Assembly: GCF_900232105.1 (NCBI RefSeq)
Contig: NZ_LT934425.1
Coordinates: 360,001-392,000 of the forward strand
DNA: 32,000 bases
Origin: Candidatus Kuenenia stuttgartensis
Lineage (GTDB): Bacteria > Planctomycetota > Brocadiia > Brocadiales > Brocadiaceae
Reading direction: 5' to 3'
Under the pieces are notes generated by a model that was given only the letters and a program-made list of their open reading frames with translations, was not told the origin of the DNA and searched no databases. Every line of letters starts with the position of its first letter. Position 1 is the first letter of the stretch. Position numbers and translations under genes: made by a program. Of the stretch, positions 1 to 8,375 are shown one piece after another.

Positions 1-142
1 TCACAAGTGTTTTCAGATATGCTTCAGCAAAAGAACTGCCTTCCTTCCTGATCAGCAATTCCTTCTCGGTTTCACCATGTTCTTCTTCAATTGTCCATAT
101 CAACTCCAGCAATTCTTCATGGCAAGACTCAATTATGTTCAC
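1..142 (-). CDS. Partial N-terminus of a possible DtxR/MntR-family metal-dependent regulator (runs off the window; GTG start at 142)
   Basis: Manual translation of the reverse strand: VNIIESCHEELLELIWTIEEEHGETEKELLIRKEGSSFAEAYLKTLV. The EELLELIWTIEEE motif resembles the N-terminus of DtxR-like proteins in iron loci. It overlaps the upstream ORF by 14 nt. Not present in the supplied ORF track. Confidence 0.4.
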   Translation of the reverse strand, partial: MNIIESCHEELLELIWTIEEEHGETEKELLIRKEGSSFAEAYLKTLV

Positions 143-548
143 GTTTTTTTTCTCCATACAGTTCCATTCTCAAACAATAGTTTGGTTTTGTTATTTTTAT
201 AAGAATTATCATGATGACAACCATAATACCGCCACCGATGAAATCATATTCCGAACGATATGTACGAAACACTATAATTTTTGAAAATACTTCTGAAAGA
301 ATTACTCCAAAAATAAAGCCGCCAATTAATGATATTATTTTATTTTTATTTATCCAGTTTCTGTTATCACGCAAGATAACAAGCTGTCCAGCCTTTACTT
401 TATTTAGTCCGGCTACCTTTATGATATCTTTTGTTCCTGTTTTCTTGGGGCATGACGAACAGTTACTACACGCGCTTTGTGTATCAACAATACATACCTC
501 TGCACACTCTTCCGAAAGAGAAACAATCCTGCCTATCATTTGTCCCAT
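129..548 (-). CDS. SoxR-reducing-system RseC/MucC-family-like membrane protein
   Basis: About 139 aa. N-terminal Cys-rich segment (CSNCSSCPKK) followed by two hydrophobic segments, typical of RseC/MucC. ATG at 548 shares one base with the TGA stop of feoB (TGATG). Confidence 0.7.
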   Translation of the reverse strand: MGQMIGRIVSLSEECAEVCIVDTQSACSNCSSCPKKTGTKDIIKVAGLNKVKAGQLVILRDNRNWINKNKIISLIGGFIFGVILSEVFSKIIVFRTYRSEYDFIGGGIMVVIMIILIKITKPNYCLRMELYGEKKREHN

Positions 549-2893
549 CAAAATAAACGCAAAACAATTCTTAACAAACCCCCAACGAGTATAGAATAGG
601 GCAATATAAATGCAAACATTAAAAATGCGTTTTTCGCACCGCGCTCTTTGATCATAACAAAAAAATTTGCAATGCAGGGAATAAACAAGGTGATAACCAC
701 GAGGGAAACCAGTAACTGTTTTGGATCTATTACATGCCCCACCCCCTGTTCTTCCAACACTTTAAAAATACTAACCGCTCCATAATCTCTTCTTAAAAAC
801 CCTAAAATAAATCCGCGGGTCGTTTCAACCGGCAATCCTAAAAAATATCCGATTACTGGTTGCCCTATTTTCTCAACAAAAGATAACACTCCCAACTTTG
901 TAGCAACAAATAAAACAAGCGTACCCAGTACAAACAAAGGTACGGCCTCTTTCATAAACCAGTTAACCCGATAAAATGTCTTTATGAATATATTGGATAA
1001 TTTTGGCATGCGAAACGGAGGTATCTCCATTATAAAATCAGAGGGGGCGCCTGGCAGGATTATTGCTGATAAATAACCAACAAAAAAAAGCTGTGAGCAA
1101 ATAATAAGAAAATATGCCGCAAAATATATCCCGGAAATACTACCGAGAACACTTGCAATCACCCCTAGCTGCGCGGAACAGGGTACCGCCAATGCTAACA
1201 ACAGGGTGGCAATAATCCTTTCCTTTTTCGTATTTAAAATCCTGGTGGTCATCGTTGCCATCGTGTCACATCCCAAACCTAAAACCATTGGAAGCACGGC
1301 CTTTCCGTTTAATCCGATACGCTTAAATGTCTTGTCCACCATCACCCCCAGTCTGGGCAAATACCCGCTGTCTTCCATAATGCCAAATGCAAGAAAGAAA
1401 AACCCTACAATGGGGAAAACGATTGCAATCGCATAGGTAAGTCCTACCTGAATCAGCCCTGATTGCGCATTTAAAAATAATTCGTAAATCAAATTATCTT
1501 TACTCATTATTTTTTGTGCCAACAGTCCAATATAATAATTTATTCCCTCGAAATTGATGTGGGTAAAAGTATAAACCTTTTTAAGAAAAGGAATATACAC
1601 ACATAAATCAAAGCCATCCGAGGGCGTTTCCGCACTGCCAAATATCTTGTTTTCTAAAAAGTCCACACACACACCGGAACCAAACTCTCCCACCCATTTG
1701 TAAACTATCCACAAAATTATTATCAACAGGGGAAATGCAGCTATGGGATGCATGGTAATCCGCCCCAAAACTTCGGTAATTTTACTCCGTGTTTTAAATT
1801 CATTTTTATAAAGATACAACGTAAAATAAAGGGACATTATGCCGCCGGCAGAAAGTTCCAGCACGGTCTCAAGGACATCGGATACCTGCAACTTCATGGT
1901 AATTGCATACATGAGCAACGACATAAGTTTATATCCGATTAAAAAAGTCGTCAGGGGTACCAAAAAGAAGAAAAATACTCCCCTCATAAACGGCCGGGTT
2001 TCCGCCTCTTTTCCCGCTGCGGTTGTAACCTTTTCAATCAGACTGTCAACATAATGTGAGCGTTTAATGCTAATAACGTACCCTAACGGATTACTAAAAT
2101 GTCTCTGCACGTCTTCACGTATTCCGGCAATTTCTTGCAACGAAACTTCCGGTAATTTTTCCTTTAATTTTCTTTCCAGCGATTCGTCATGCGATAACAA
2201 CATAATCGCCAAAGCCCTGTCGTTCACCACCATTAGATTGTTAAGTATCTTGCCTACCCTTGAAATTCCTTCTTCAATATATCTGCCGTAATTAATCCGG
2301 ATGTCCGGCACACTGGCAAGAGGCACCGAATGAAACAACTCTCTGAAACCTACCTTGTGTGTTGCAATAGTTTTCACTATAGGAATCTTCAAATAATCCT
2401 GCAAGGCATTGATATCAACATTCATCCCTCTGTCAAGGAGTTCATCCCACATATTAAGTACCAGCAAGACCGGCAACCCCATTTCAGCGATCTGGGTTGT
2501 TATCAATAAACCACGCCTCAGGTTTTTAGCATCGATAACCTGAACAATGCGCTTATCGTAATCTTCCAGCAAAATATCCCTTGCAACTGCCTCATCTTCA
2601 GAAAGCGGTATGAGACTATTCGCGCCCGGCGTATCTATCACTTCGATACCCCCTTCATACCCTTTATATACCCCACGCGATACTTCCACCGTGGTGCCCG
2701 GATAGTTTGATACTGTTACGTATTTACCCGTAAGTAACCCAAAAATAACACTCTTTCCGACATTCGGGTTTCCGACAAGTGCCAATTTGAAGGTACCTGC
2801 ACTCTTAATATTCATATACGTATTACCCGTAACTGCTCTTTCATTTAATTTAACGTTTAGTACCTTATCAGTAATTTCTTTGCACACTTCCAT
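548..2893 (-). CDS. feoB: Ferrous iron transport protein B
   Basis: 781 aa. N-terminal GTPase domain (GNPNVGKS, DTPGANSL, NMWDE), then long FeoB-type membrane domains with gate motifs (VGLTYAIAIVFPIVG; GLGCDTMATMTTRIL; PCSAQLGVIASVLG). Confidence 0.95.
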   Translation of the reverse strand: MEVCKEITDKVLNVKLNERAVTGNTYMNIKSAGTFKLALVGNPNVGKSVIFGLLTGKYVTVSNYPGTTVEVSRGVYKGYEGGIEVIDTPGANSLIPLSEDEAVARDILLEDYDKRIVQVIDAKNLRRGLLITTQIAEMGLPVLLVLNMWDELLDRGMNVDINALQDYLKIPIVKTIATHKVGFRELFHSVPLASVPDIRINYGRYIEEGISRVGKILNNLMVVNDRALAIMLLSHDESLERKLKEKLPEVSLQEIAGIREDVQRHFSNPLGYVISIKRSHYVDSLIEKVTTAAGKEAETRPFMRGVFFFFLVPLTTFLIGYKLMSLLMYAITMKLQVSDVLETVLELSAGGIMSLYFTLYLYKNEFKTRSKITEVLGRITMHPIAAFPLLIIILWIVYKWVGEFGSGVCVDFLENKIFGSAETPSDGFDLCVYIPFLKKVYTFTHINFEGINYYIGLLAQKIMSKDNLIYELFLNAQSGLIQVGLTYAIAIVFPIVGFFFLAFGIMEDSGYLPRLGVMVDKTFKRIGLNGKAVLPMVLGLGCDTMATMTTRILNTKKERIIATLLLALAVPCSAQLGVIASVLGSISGIYFAAYFLIICSQLFFVGYLSAIILPGAPSDFIMEIPPFRMPKLSNIFIKTFYRVNWFMKEAVPLFVLGTLVLFVATKLGVLSFVEKIGQPVIGYFLGLPVETTRGFILGFLRRDYGAVSIFKVLEEQGVGHVIDPKQLLVSLVVITLFIPCIANFFVMIKERGAKNAFLMFAFILPYSILVGGLLRIVLRLF

Positions 2894-3099
2894 TCGTCAG
2901 TGCGTGCTTTGTAGCAAAATATTTAATGGTGGAATCCGAATATTTAATTTTTTAATCTGTGCAATCTGTGGTTCCGCCTTTAGTATTTCGTGCATGTTTG
3001 GTTCTGGCTTGATTGATAATGAGTCTCAGCAAAAACAGTCTACTTCCTTTCCGGTTTAAGTCAAGTAATTTCTGCGTAGAGGATTTGATGAACTCTTTC

Positions 3100-3603
3100 T
3101 TAAATATCCGGAGGGAGAATGATGTTGCCGTTTTTCAACGTGTTTGATTTGAATCTCTTAAGTTGTGGGAGAAATGGACTATACTCCCATTCGAGGTGGT
3201 ATTTATTATAGAGCGTCTTGATTAACCGATGGTATTTTTCATGTATTGATTGGGTTTCATCTTTATGTCTTTCGTCACAATAAAATGCCCTGCAGGAAAG
3301 CATCCGAAAGTTCCTGATACTGCATAAATCATTTTTGAGAAATGGACAAACATCTCTTGAAATATCAAAATCGTGAACAGACACATTTTTAGTTACATAA
3401 TCAACTTCAACACTGCTTGCATACAGCACATGGTCATATTCCCCGAAATTGCCGCACATTCCACATTTATTACATCTGGGATTAATCAAAGACACTTCAT
3501 GCTCTAAGAGACAATAAAGTTCCTTTAACTCCGAAAACAGTTGATCATTATGAGCTGTTTCCTTTTCTGCAATAATACTATTATCCGGCAAATCGATTTT
3601 CAT
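3100..3603 (-). CDS. YkgJ-family-like Cys-cluster protein
   Basis: 167 aa with CNKCGMCGNF...CPFLKNDLCSIRNFRMLSCRAFYC, i.e. YkgJ/FliB-like cysteine spacing. Confidence 0.7.
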   Translation of the reverse strand: MKIDLPDNSIIAEKETAHNDQLFSELKELYCLLEHEVSLINPRCNKCGMCGNFGEYDHVLYASSVEVDYVTKNVSVHDFDISRDVCPFLKNDLCSIRNFRMLSCRAFYCDERHKDETQSIHEKYHRLIKTLYNKYHLEWEYSPFLPQLKRFKSNTLKNGNIILPPDI

Positions 3604-4039
3604 ACATTATCAAATTCTTTCGTATTGTTTTCAAATTATGCAACCGCCCTTTATCTATGCCTGCACACTGCCCCTTTAACTTTTCCCACTCGTTCTTTTC
3701 TTTGATGTTCGAAGACCAAAAAGGAAACGTTCTGCATTGGCATGGTCTAACTTCATATATAACGCAACCGTTGTTATACATAACGCAATCGCCATTGCCA
3801 TATTCCACCAAACTAATTCGCCCATAAACATTTCTTAAATATTTTTTTGCAAACATTTCCTGAGTAATTCCCAGAAATCGGGAAATGTCTTTAATCTCTT
3901 TGTCATTCACCCAAACAACCCCTGGCTCCCCACGGCAACACTTGCCACACTGCTGGCATTCAAACTGTAGTCCTTTTTTGTACCAGGGCTTACAATCTGC
4001 TCCATCCTCTTTATCTTTTGTTTGTTCGCTGCAATCCAT
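3581..4039 (-). CDS. YkgJ-family cysteine cluster protein
   Basis: 152 aa with FQCQQCGKCCRGEPG...GCVIYEVRPCQCRTFPFW, the canonical YkgJ pattern. Overlaps the downstream gene by 23 nt. Confidence 0.88.
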   Translation of the reverse strand: MDCSEQTKDKEDGADCKPWYKKGLQFECQQCGKCCRGEPGVVWVNDKEIKDISRFLGITQEMFAKKYLRNVYGRISLVEYGNGDCVMYNNGCVIYEVRPCQCRTFPFWSSNIKEKNEWEKLKGQCAGIDKGRLHNLKTIRKNLIMYENRFAG

Positions 4040-4327
4040 ATCTCAAATAAATAATTTCTCTTCTATACTTCCCACTTTTTGCGTTTATTCCACACAGTAA
4101 AATTTCTCATATATTGAAAATCTATCGGGAAATAACAATACAATTTTAACTTTGAAATGTAAAGGAAGAAATAATGGTAAAACTCCACATTCTGAAGCAA
4201 TGAATATGTACAATAAACAATTAATAATTCAATAGCTATTAACAAAAAACCATACTAGAATATATTTTTAATCTTTCTGGATGAACGGTAGTTGAAACAA
4301 TCTGTTTATGGGTTGACATTTTAAGCA

Positions 4328-5755
4328 GTGAATGTCCTTCTTGTTATCACCAATCGTTATCGCGGTCCAATACCTGTCATGCCCCTCGGAGCATGTATGG
4401 TTGCTGATGCCACTGTACGGGCTGGTTATCATGTTCAGGTATTAGACTTAATGTTTGTTCGTAACCCATTACGCGCCCTCTGTTCATCCCTCGATAAAAT
4501 ACAACCTGATGTCATAGGACTCTCTGTACGAAATATCGACAACAATGATATGTTACATCCGGTAGCGTTCTATAAAGATTTGAAACTACTTGTCGATGCA
4601 ATTCGCACAAAAACGAAAGCTATGCTTATCCTGGGAGGTGCCGGTGCAGGGGTTATGCCAGAACAACTCCTCAATTATACCGGCGCAGATTGGGTAATCA
4701 CAGGAAACGGAGAGGTTGTCTTTCCCGAAGTGTTGGATGTTCTTTCTAAAAATGAAAAGCCGATTCATGTGCCCGGTATTGCGTGGAATGACAAAACAGG
4801 TTTTAAAATAAATGCTCATAGTGGAAGCAATTTTTTATTGAACAACGTAATCCCTGATTTTCGTCGATGGATTAATGTGCCCGCGTATTTATCACGGTTT
4901 TCCACTATTCCCATTCAAACGAAACTCGGGTGCCACTTTCAATGTGTCTATTGCACGTATAGAAAACTTGAGGGCATTTCTTACCGGTTATGTGATTCTG
5001 AACAGGTAGCAAATGCGATTATTGAATTGACAAAAAGCGGTATGAAAGATATTGAGTTTGTAGACAATGTATTTAATTCCCCTTACGGACACGCACTGGA
5101 TATCTGTGATTCGATTGCAAAGACTGGAATAAATGCCAGATTCCAAACGGTGGAGTTGAATCCTCTTTTTATTGACGATAAACTTCTTCATGTAATGGAA
5201 CGTGCAGGTTTTGTTGGTATAGGCATTACCGTTGAAAGCGCTGCCGACCCCGTCCTTGAACGTTTAAAGAAAGGTTTTACCGCGCGTGAGATCTATAGGT
5301 CATCTGAAATAATCCGGAAACATACTATGCCTTGTTTATGGATATTTATGTTCGGCGGGCCAGGTGAAACGGAAGACACTGTTATGGAAACACTTGATTT
5401 CGCGAAAAGACAAATTCGCCCTGAAGATGTAGCGCTTTTTATGATAGGAATACGCATATATCCAGGTACTGAGCTTGAAAATATAGCACGGTCAGAGGAC
5501 GTATTAACCGTTTCTCCCCATAACATGCTTGAACCGGTATTTTACTTTTCTCCAACCATTCAGTTGGAATGGTTATTGAAAACAATCCGTTCTGCCATGT
5601 CGGTACACATGAATTTTATGACTCCCAAAGCTATCGGTTTGCCGTTCCTTCCTGCTCTGAATCGTATAGGATATTGGCTGGGAATCAAACCTCCTCTCTG
5701 GAAAAATACACGATTCATTCGCAGAGGGCTTAGATATTTGGGTAGAGATATATAA
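4328..5755 (+). CDS. B12-binding domain-containing radical SAM protein
   Basis: 475 aa. N-terminal cobalamin-binding-like fold (MPLGACMVADATVRAGYHVQVLD...DVIGLSVR), radical SAM CxxxCxxC motif (CHFQCVYCTYRK), and GGPGETEDTVMETL. GTG start. Confidence 0.92.
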   Translation: MNVLLVITNRYRGPIPVMPLGACMVADATVRAGYHVQVLDLMFVRNPLRALCSSLDKIQPDVIGLSVRNIDNNDMLHPVAFYKDLKLLVDAIRTKTKAMLILGGAGAGVMPEQLLNYTGADWVITGNGEVVFPEVLDVLSKNEKPIHVPGIAWNDKTGFKINAHSGSNFLLNNVIPDFRRWINVPAYLSRFSTIPIQTKLGCHFQCVYCTYRKLEGISYRLCDSEQVANAIIELTKSGMKDIEFVDNVFNSPYGHALDICDSIAKTGINARFQTVELNPLFIDDKLLHVMERAGFVGIGITVESAADPVLERLKKGFTAREIYRSSEIIRKHTMPCLWIFMFGGPGETEDTVMETLDFAKRQIRPEDVALFMIGIRIYPGTELENIARSEDVLTVSPHNMLEPVFYFSPTIQLEWLLKTIRSAMSVHMNFMTPKAIGLPFLPALNRIGYWLGIKPPLWKNTRFIRRGLRYLGRDI

Positions 5756-5771
5756 TGTAATAATCTTGCTT

Positions 5772-6827
5772 ATGTTTAATGAAAATGTATCTATAGCCTC
5801 ATTATCTACAGTAACACCGCCGTATGTGATAAAACAGGCAGAAGCGGAAGCTTTTCTCGCAAAACATTATGCCAGTAAATTAGGGCCAAAAAGTCTTGCA
5901 AGAATGAAAAAGATTTTCGCTCATCCGGGTGTATTATGCAGACATATTGCAACAGATAACATTGAATGCCTTGTCAATGAACCTCCGGATAGTCGTATTA
6001 CCCGTTTCACAAATTGGGCAATAGAGCTTTCGTCGCAAGCAATTAATGACTCCCTCGCACAGGCTGGTTTAACGAAAGATACCATAACAGGATTGGTAGT
6101 AAACACCTGTACCGGATACATTTGCCCGGGAATTTCTACATACCTTATAGAAAAGCTTGGTTTATCTAAACGAATAAGGATTCACGACCTTGTAGGAAGC
6201 GGTTGTGGCGGTTCTATCCCCAATCTACAGATTTGTAAAGATATGATACAGTCGAATGGAGATGGAGTGGTCGTAAGTGTTTCGGTAGAAATTTGCAGCG
6301 CAACATTTCAAATGGCAGACGATTTGAGTTTAATCGTCTCAAATGCGATCTTTGCTGACGGGGCAGCGGCAACCGTTCTATGGAAACGTCCTGGAATATT
6401 TACCTTGGTTGCTTCTGCCAGCAGGTGTGACACTCATCATCGCGAAGATATACGATACATATACAAAAATGGGCAATTGCATAACCAGCTTTCTCAGAAA
6501 TTACCTGCGATTGCCAGTAAAACTGTTTCTCAGGTTGTAATGGACTTGCTAACACCCTGGAAACTAAAACCTGAGGATATTGAACACTGGGCCTTCCATC
6601 CGGGAGGGGAAAAAGTAATCAATGCTATCAGGAACGAGCTGGGACTTTCCGAATCACAACTACAACCAACCCGTGACGTTTTGGCGAGGTATGGAAACAT
6701 GTCTTCCCCGACAGTATTGTTTGTGTTGCAAGAAATTATAAGGAAAAGCATTGCTCCCGGCGATTGGTGTGTAATGGTAGCGTTCGGCGCCGGGCTGAGC
6801 GCTCATGGATTTCTTCTTAGACATTAA
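5772..6827 (+). CDS. Type III polyketide synthase / chalcone-stilbene synthase family protein
   Basis: About 351 aa. Thiolase-fold catalytic triad context: Cys in VGSGCGGSIPN, His in WAFHPGGEKVI, Asn in RYGNMSSPTVLFVLQE; GFGxGL-like C-terminus (AFGAGLSAHGF). ATG at 5772; the ORF track uses TTG at 5766. Confidence 0.88.
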   Translation: MFNENVSIASLSTVTPPYVIKQAEAEAFLAKHYASKLGPKSLARMKKIFAHPGVLCRHIATDNIECLVNEPPDSRITRFTNWAIELSSQAINDSLAQAGLTKDTITGLVVNTCTGYICPGISTYLIEKLGLSKRIRIHDLVGSGCGGSIPNLQICKDMIQSNGDGVVVSVSVEICSATFQMADDLSLIVSNAIFADGAAATVLWKRPGIFTLVASASRCDTHHREDIRYIYKNGQLHNQLSQKLPAIASKTVSQVVMDLLTPWKLKPEDIEHWAFHPGGEKVINAIRNELGLSESQLQPTRDVLARYGNMSSPTVLFVLQEIIRKSIAPGDWCVMVAFGAGLSAHGFLLRH

Positions 6828-6871
6828 AAATCGTCGCAACAGTGGGGTCAAACCTCCATATTTCAATTATC

Positions 6872-7008
6872 GTAACACTTTAGTCTTTTGAAAAATTCCA
6901 ATAATAGCAATGTTTGGCGCATAGTGTAGGGACGACGGATGATGAACATCCTTCGTCTTTCGTGCTTCGTCCCTGCTCTTACGTTTTTCAAAAAAACTAA
7001 AGTGTTAT
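6872..7008. repeat. Palindromic (MITE-like) element, copy A
   Basis: Left arm GTAACACTTTAGTCTTTTGAAAAATTCCAATAAT; right arm TTTTTCAAAAAAACTAAAGTGTTAT. Core: TAGGGACGACGGATGATG...CTTCGTCCCTGC. Confidence 0.8.
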
Positions 7009-7197
7009 CCAACTTCTCATTATCCCGCGATATGGGAGCATTCCCGATTTTTTGTAAAAATGCCATTAGCGGGGAGAGGGAAAGGAATAGTAACACAAGC
7101 TTCCTGTTTGAGGGTAAAATGCCACAAGCAGGATGTTTGTGTTACAATGTACAATTAGTTAACCAAAAATCGGGAATGCGCCTGTTGTTCAAACTAT

Positions 7198-7228
7198 GTC
7201 CCCCGCTGGCGGGGGTGCAGGGGGTGGA
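7198..7228. repeat. Left half of an inverted repeat pair (GTCCCCCGCTGGCGGGGGTGCAGGGGGTGGA)
   Basis: Reverse complement recurs at 7423-7454 (TCCACCCCCTTAATCCCCCGCCAGCGGGGGAC) with small differences. Confidence 0.75.
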
Positions 7229-7422
7229 CTGGATTTCTCCATCGATTCAACTACCCCTTTATTATGAAAACAAATTTGACCCTCTTTCCCACACTCCGCA
7301 GACTGGTCAAATGGACAATTTTATACTGTTTCGTGACATGCATTCCCGCAGAACGTAGGAATGAGAAGAAAAATTTATGGCTATTCATGTTATAAACCTC
7401 CCTGATTTCCTCCGCAGACAAT

Positions 7423-7454
7423 TCCACCCCCTTAATCCCCCGCCAGCGGGGGAC
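7423..7454. repeat. Right half of the same inverted repeat pair
   Basis: See 7198-7228. Confidence 0.75.
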
Positions 7455-7478
7455 AAGGCTTGCCACATCCCTTGCAGC

Positions 7479-7528
7479 GTTGTTTTGCCCCAATCACACA
7501 AACGGTTACAAAAAATCGGAAATGCTCC
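7479..7528. repeat. Dispersed ~50-bp repeat, copy 1 (GTTGTTTTGCCCCAATCACACAAACGGTTACAAAAAATCGGAAATGCTCC)
   Basis: Related sequence on the opposite strand at 31854-31904. A partial relative (GGGAGCATTCCCGATTTTTTGTAA) lies at about 7037-7062. Confidence 0.6.
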
Positions 7529-7650
7529 TCGCGATATCCTTCGGCTTCCCTTGCAATATGCGGTATTACAGTCATCAACCTGAATAATGAGACCTCCCAA
7601 GTTCATTTATGTACCTTTCCCGGCCATACCGCCACTCTCAACTCCGACGA

Positions 7651-7689
7651 CTTGATGTAGAGACGCATTGTATGCGCCTCTACATCAAG
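7651..7689. repeat. 39-bp near-perfect palindrome
   Basis: CTTGATGTAGAGACGCATTGTATGCGCCTCTACATCAAG: 12-bp outer arms CTTGATGTAGAG/CTCTACATCAAG plus further inner pairing. Confidence 0.85.
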
Positions 7690-7966
7690 AGTAACAACAG
7701 AATAAAGTCACTGACAAAGGCGGCCTAATTTATTGAAATGCAATTTTCAAACAGCTAAAATGCTGGAAACGAGTTAAGCTGAAAAGAACTCCCCTTGCTG
7801 ATTCCCTATTTATGCTAGTTTGCACAAATATATCATACTTATATTTTTTCAGAATGCCCAAAAAATTGCTTGATTCAGAAAGTTATTTACTGTATTCTAA
7901 CCCCTACTTTAGCTTGTCCTTATGGTTATCTTATATACGCCATATTTTTAGAAAGGAGAAAGTTGT

Positions 7967-8278
7967 ATGAATAAACAGGAGTTAGTTGAGTATGTTGCGA
8001 ATGAATGTAGTGTTTCTAAGACTTGCGGAGAAAAGGCGGTAAACGCTGTATTGAACGGCATCAAGCAGGGAGTAAAGAAATCGAACGAAGTGCGTCTTAT
8101 TGGTTTCGGAACCTTTTCAGTAAAAGAAAGAAAAGCACGAAAAGGAAGGAATCCCCAAACGGGAGCAGTTATTAATATTAAGGCAAGCAAAACTGTTAAA
8201 TTCAGCGTAGGACAAGATTTTAAAAAGGTTGTAGCAAAAGGTGGTTCCGCTTCAACAGGAAAAATGAAAAAGAAGTAA
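7967..8278 (+). CDS. HU/IHF-family DNA-binding protein
   Basis: 103 aa: MNKQELVEYVANE...AVNAVLNGIKQGVKKSNEVRLIGFGTFSVKERKARKGRNPQTGAVINIKASKTVKFSVGQDFK, followed by a Lys-rich tail. Confidence 0.95.
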   Translation: MNKQELVEYVANECSVSKTCGEKAVNAVLNGIKQGVKKSNEVRLIGFGTFSVKERKARKGRNPQTGAVINIKASKTVKFSVGQDFKKVVAKGGSASTGKMKKK

Positions 8279-8305
8279 TAATTACATATACATTTACTAT
8301 TATTG

Positions 8306-8340
8306 TTAAAAAAAGCAGGCTGAAAAGCCTGCTTTTTTTA
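8306..8340. terminator. Intrinsic, probably bidirectional terminator between HU and typA
   Basis: AAAAAAAGCAGGCTGAAAAGCCTGCTTTTTTT: 8-bp stem, GAAA loop, with A and T runs on both sides. It lies between convergent genes. Confidence 0.88.
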
Positions 8341-8375
8341 ACAAAACATTATTTGCGTAACGAATCTTCGTATCT

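Noticed and set aside
2985-3005. GCATGTTTGGTTCTGG shared with 28052-28067
   Set aside because: Only 16 nt shared plus general similarity of flanks (TATTTCGT). Noted as a possible intergenic repeat word, but too little evidence.
6863-7606. Several 66-139 aa ORFs (6863-7096, 6939-7358, 7251-7493, 7377-7583, 7385-7606)
   Set aside because: They run through palindromic repeats in both directions and overlap one another. Their peptides are shared only because the repeats are shared.
6830-7700. Possible CRISPR array because of many short repeats
   Set aside because: Repeats are of different classes, unevenly spaced and palindromic. There is no regular repeat-spacer periodicity and no cas gene in the window.
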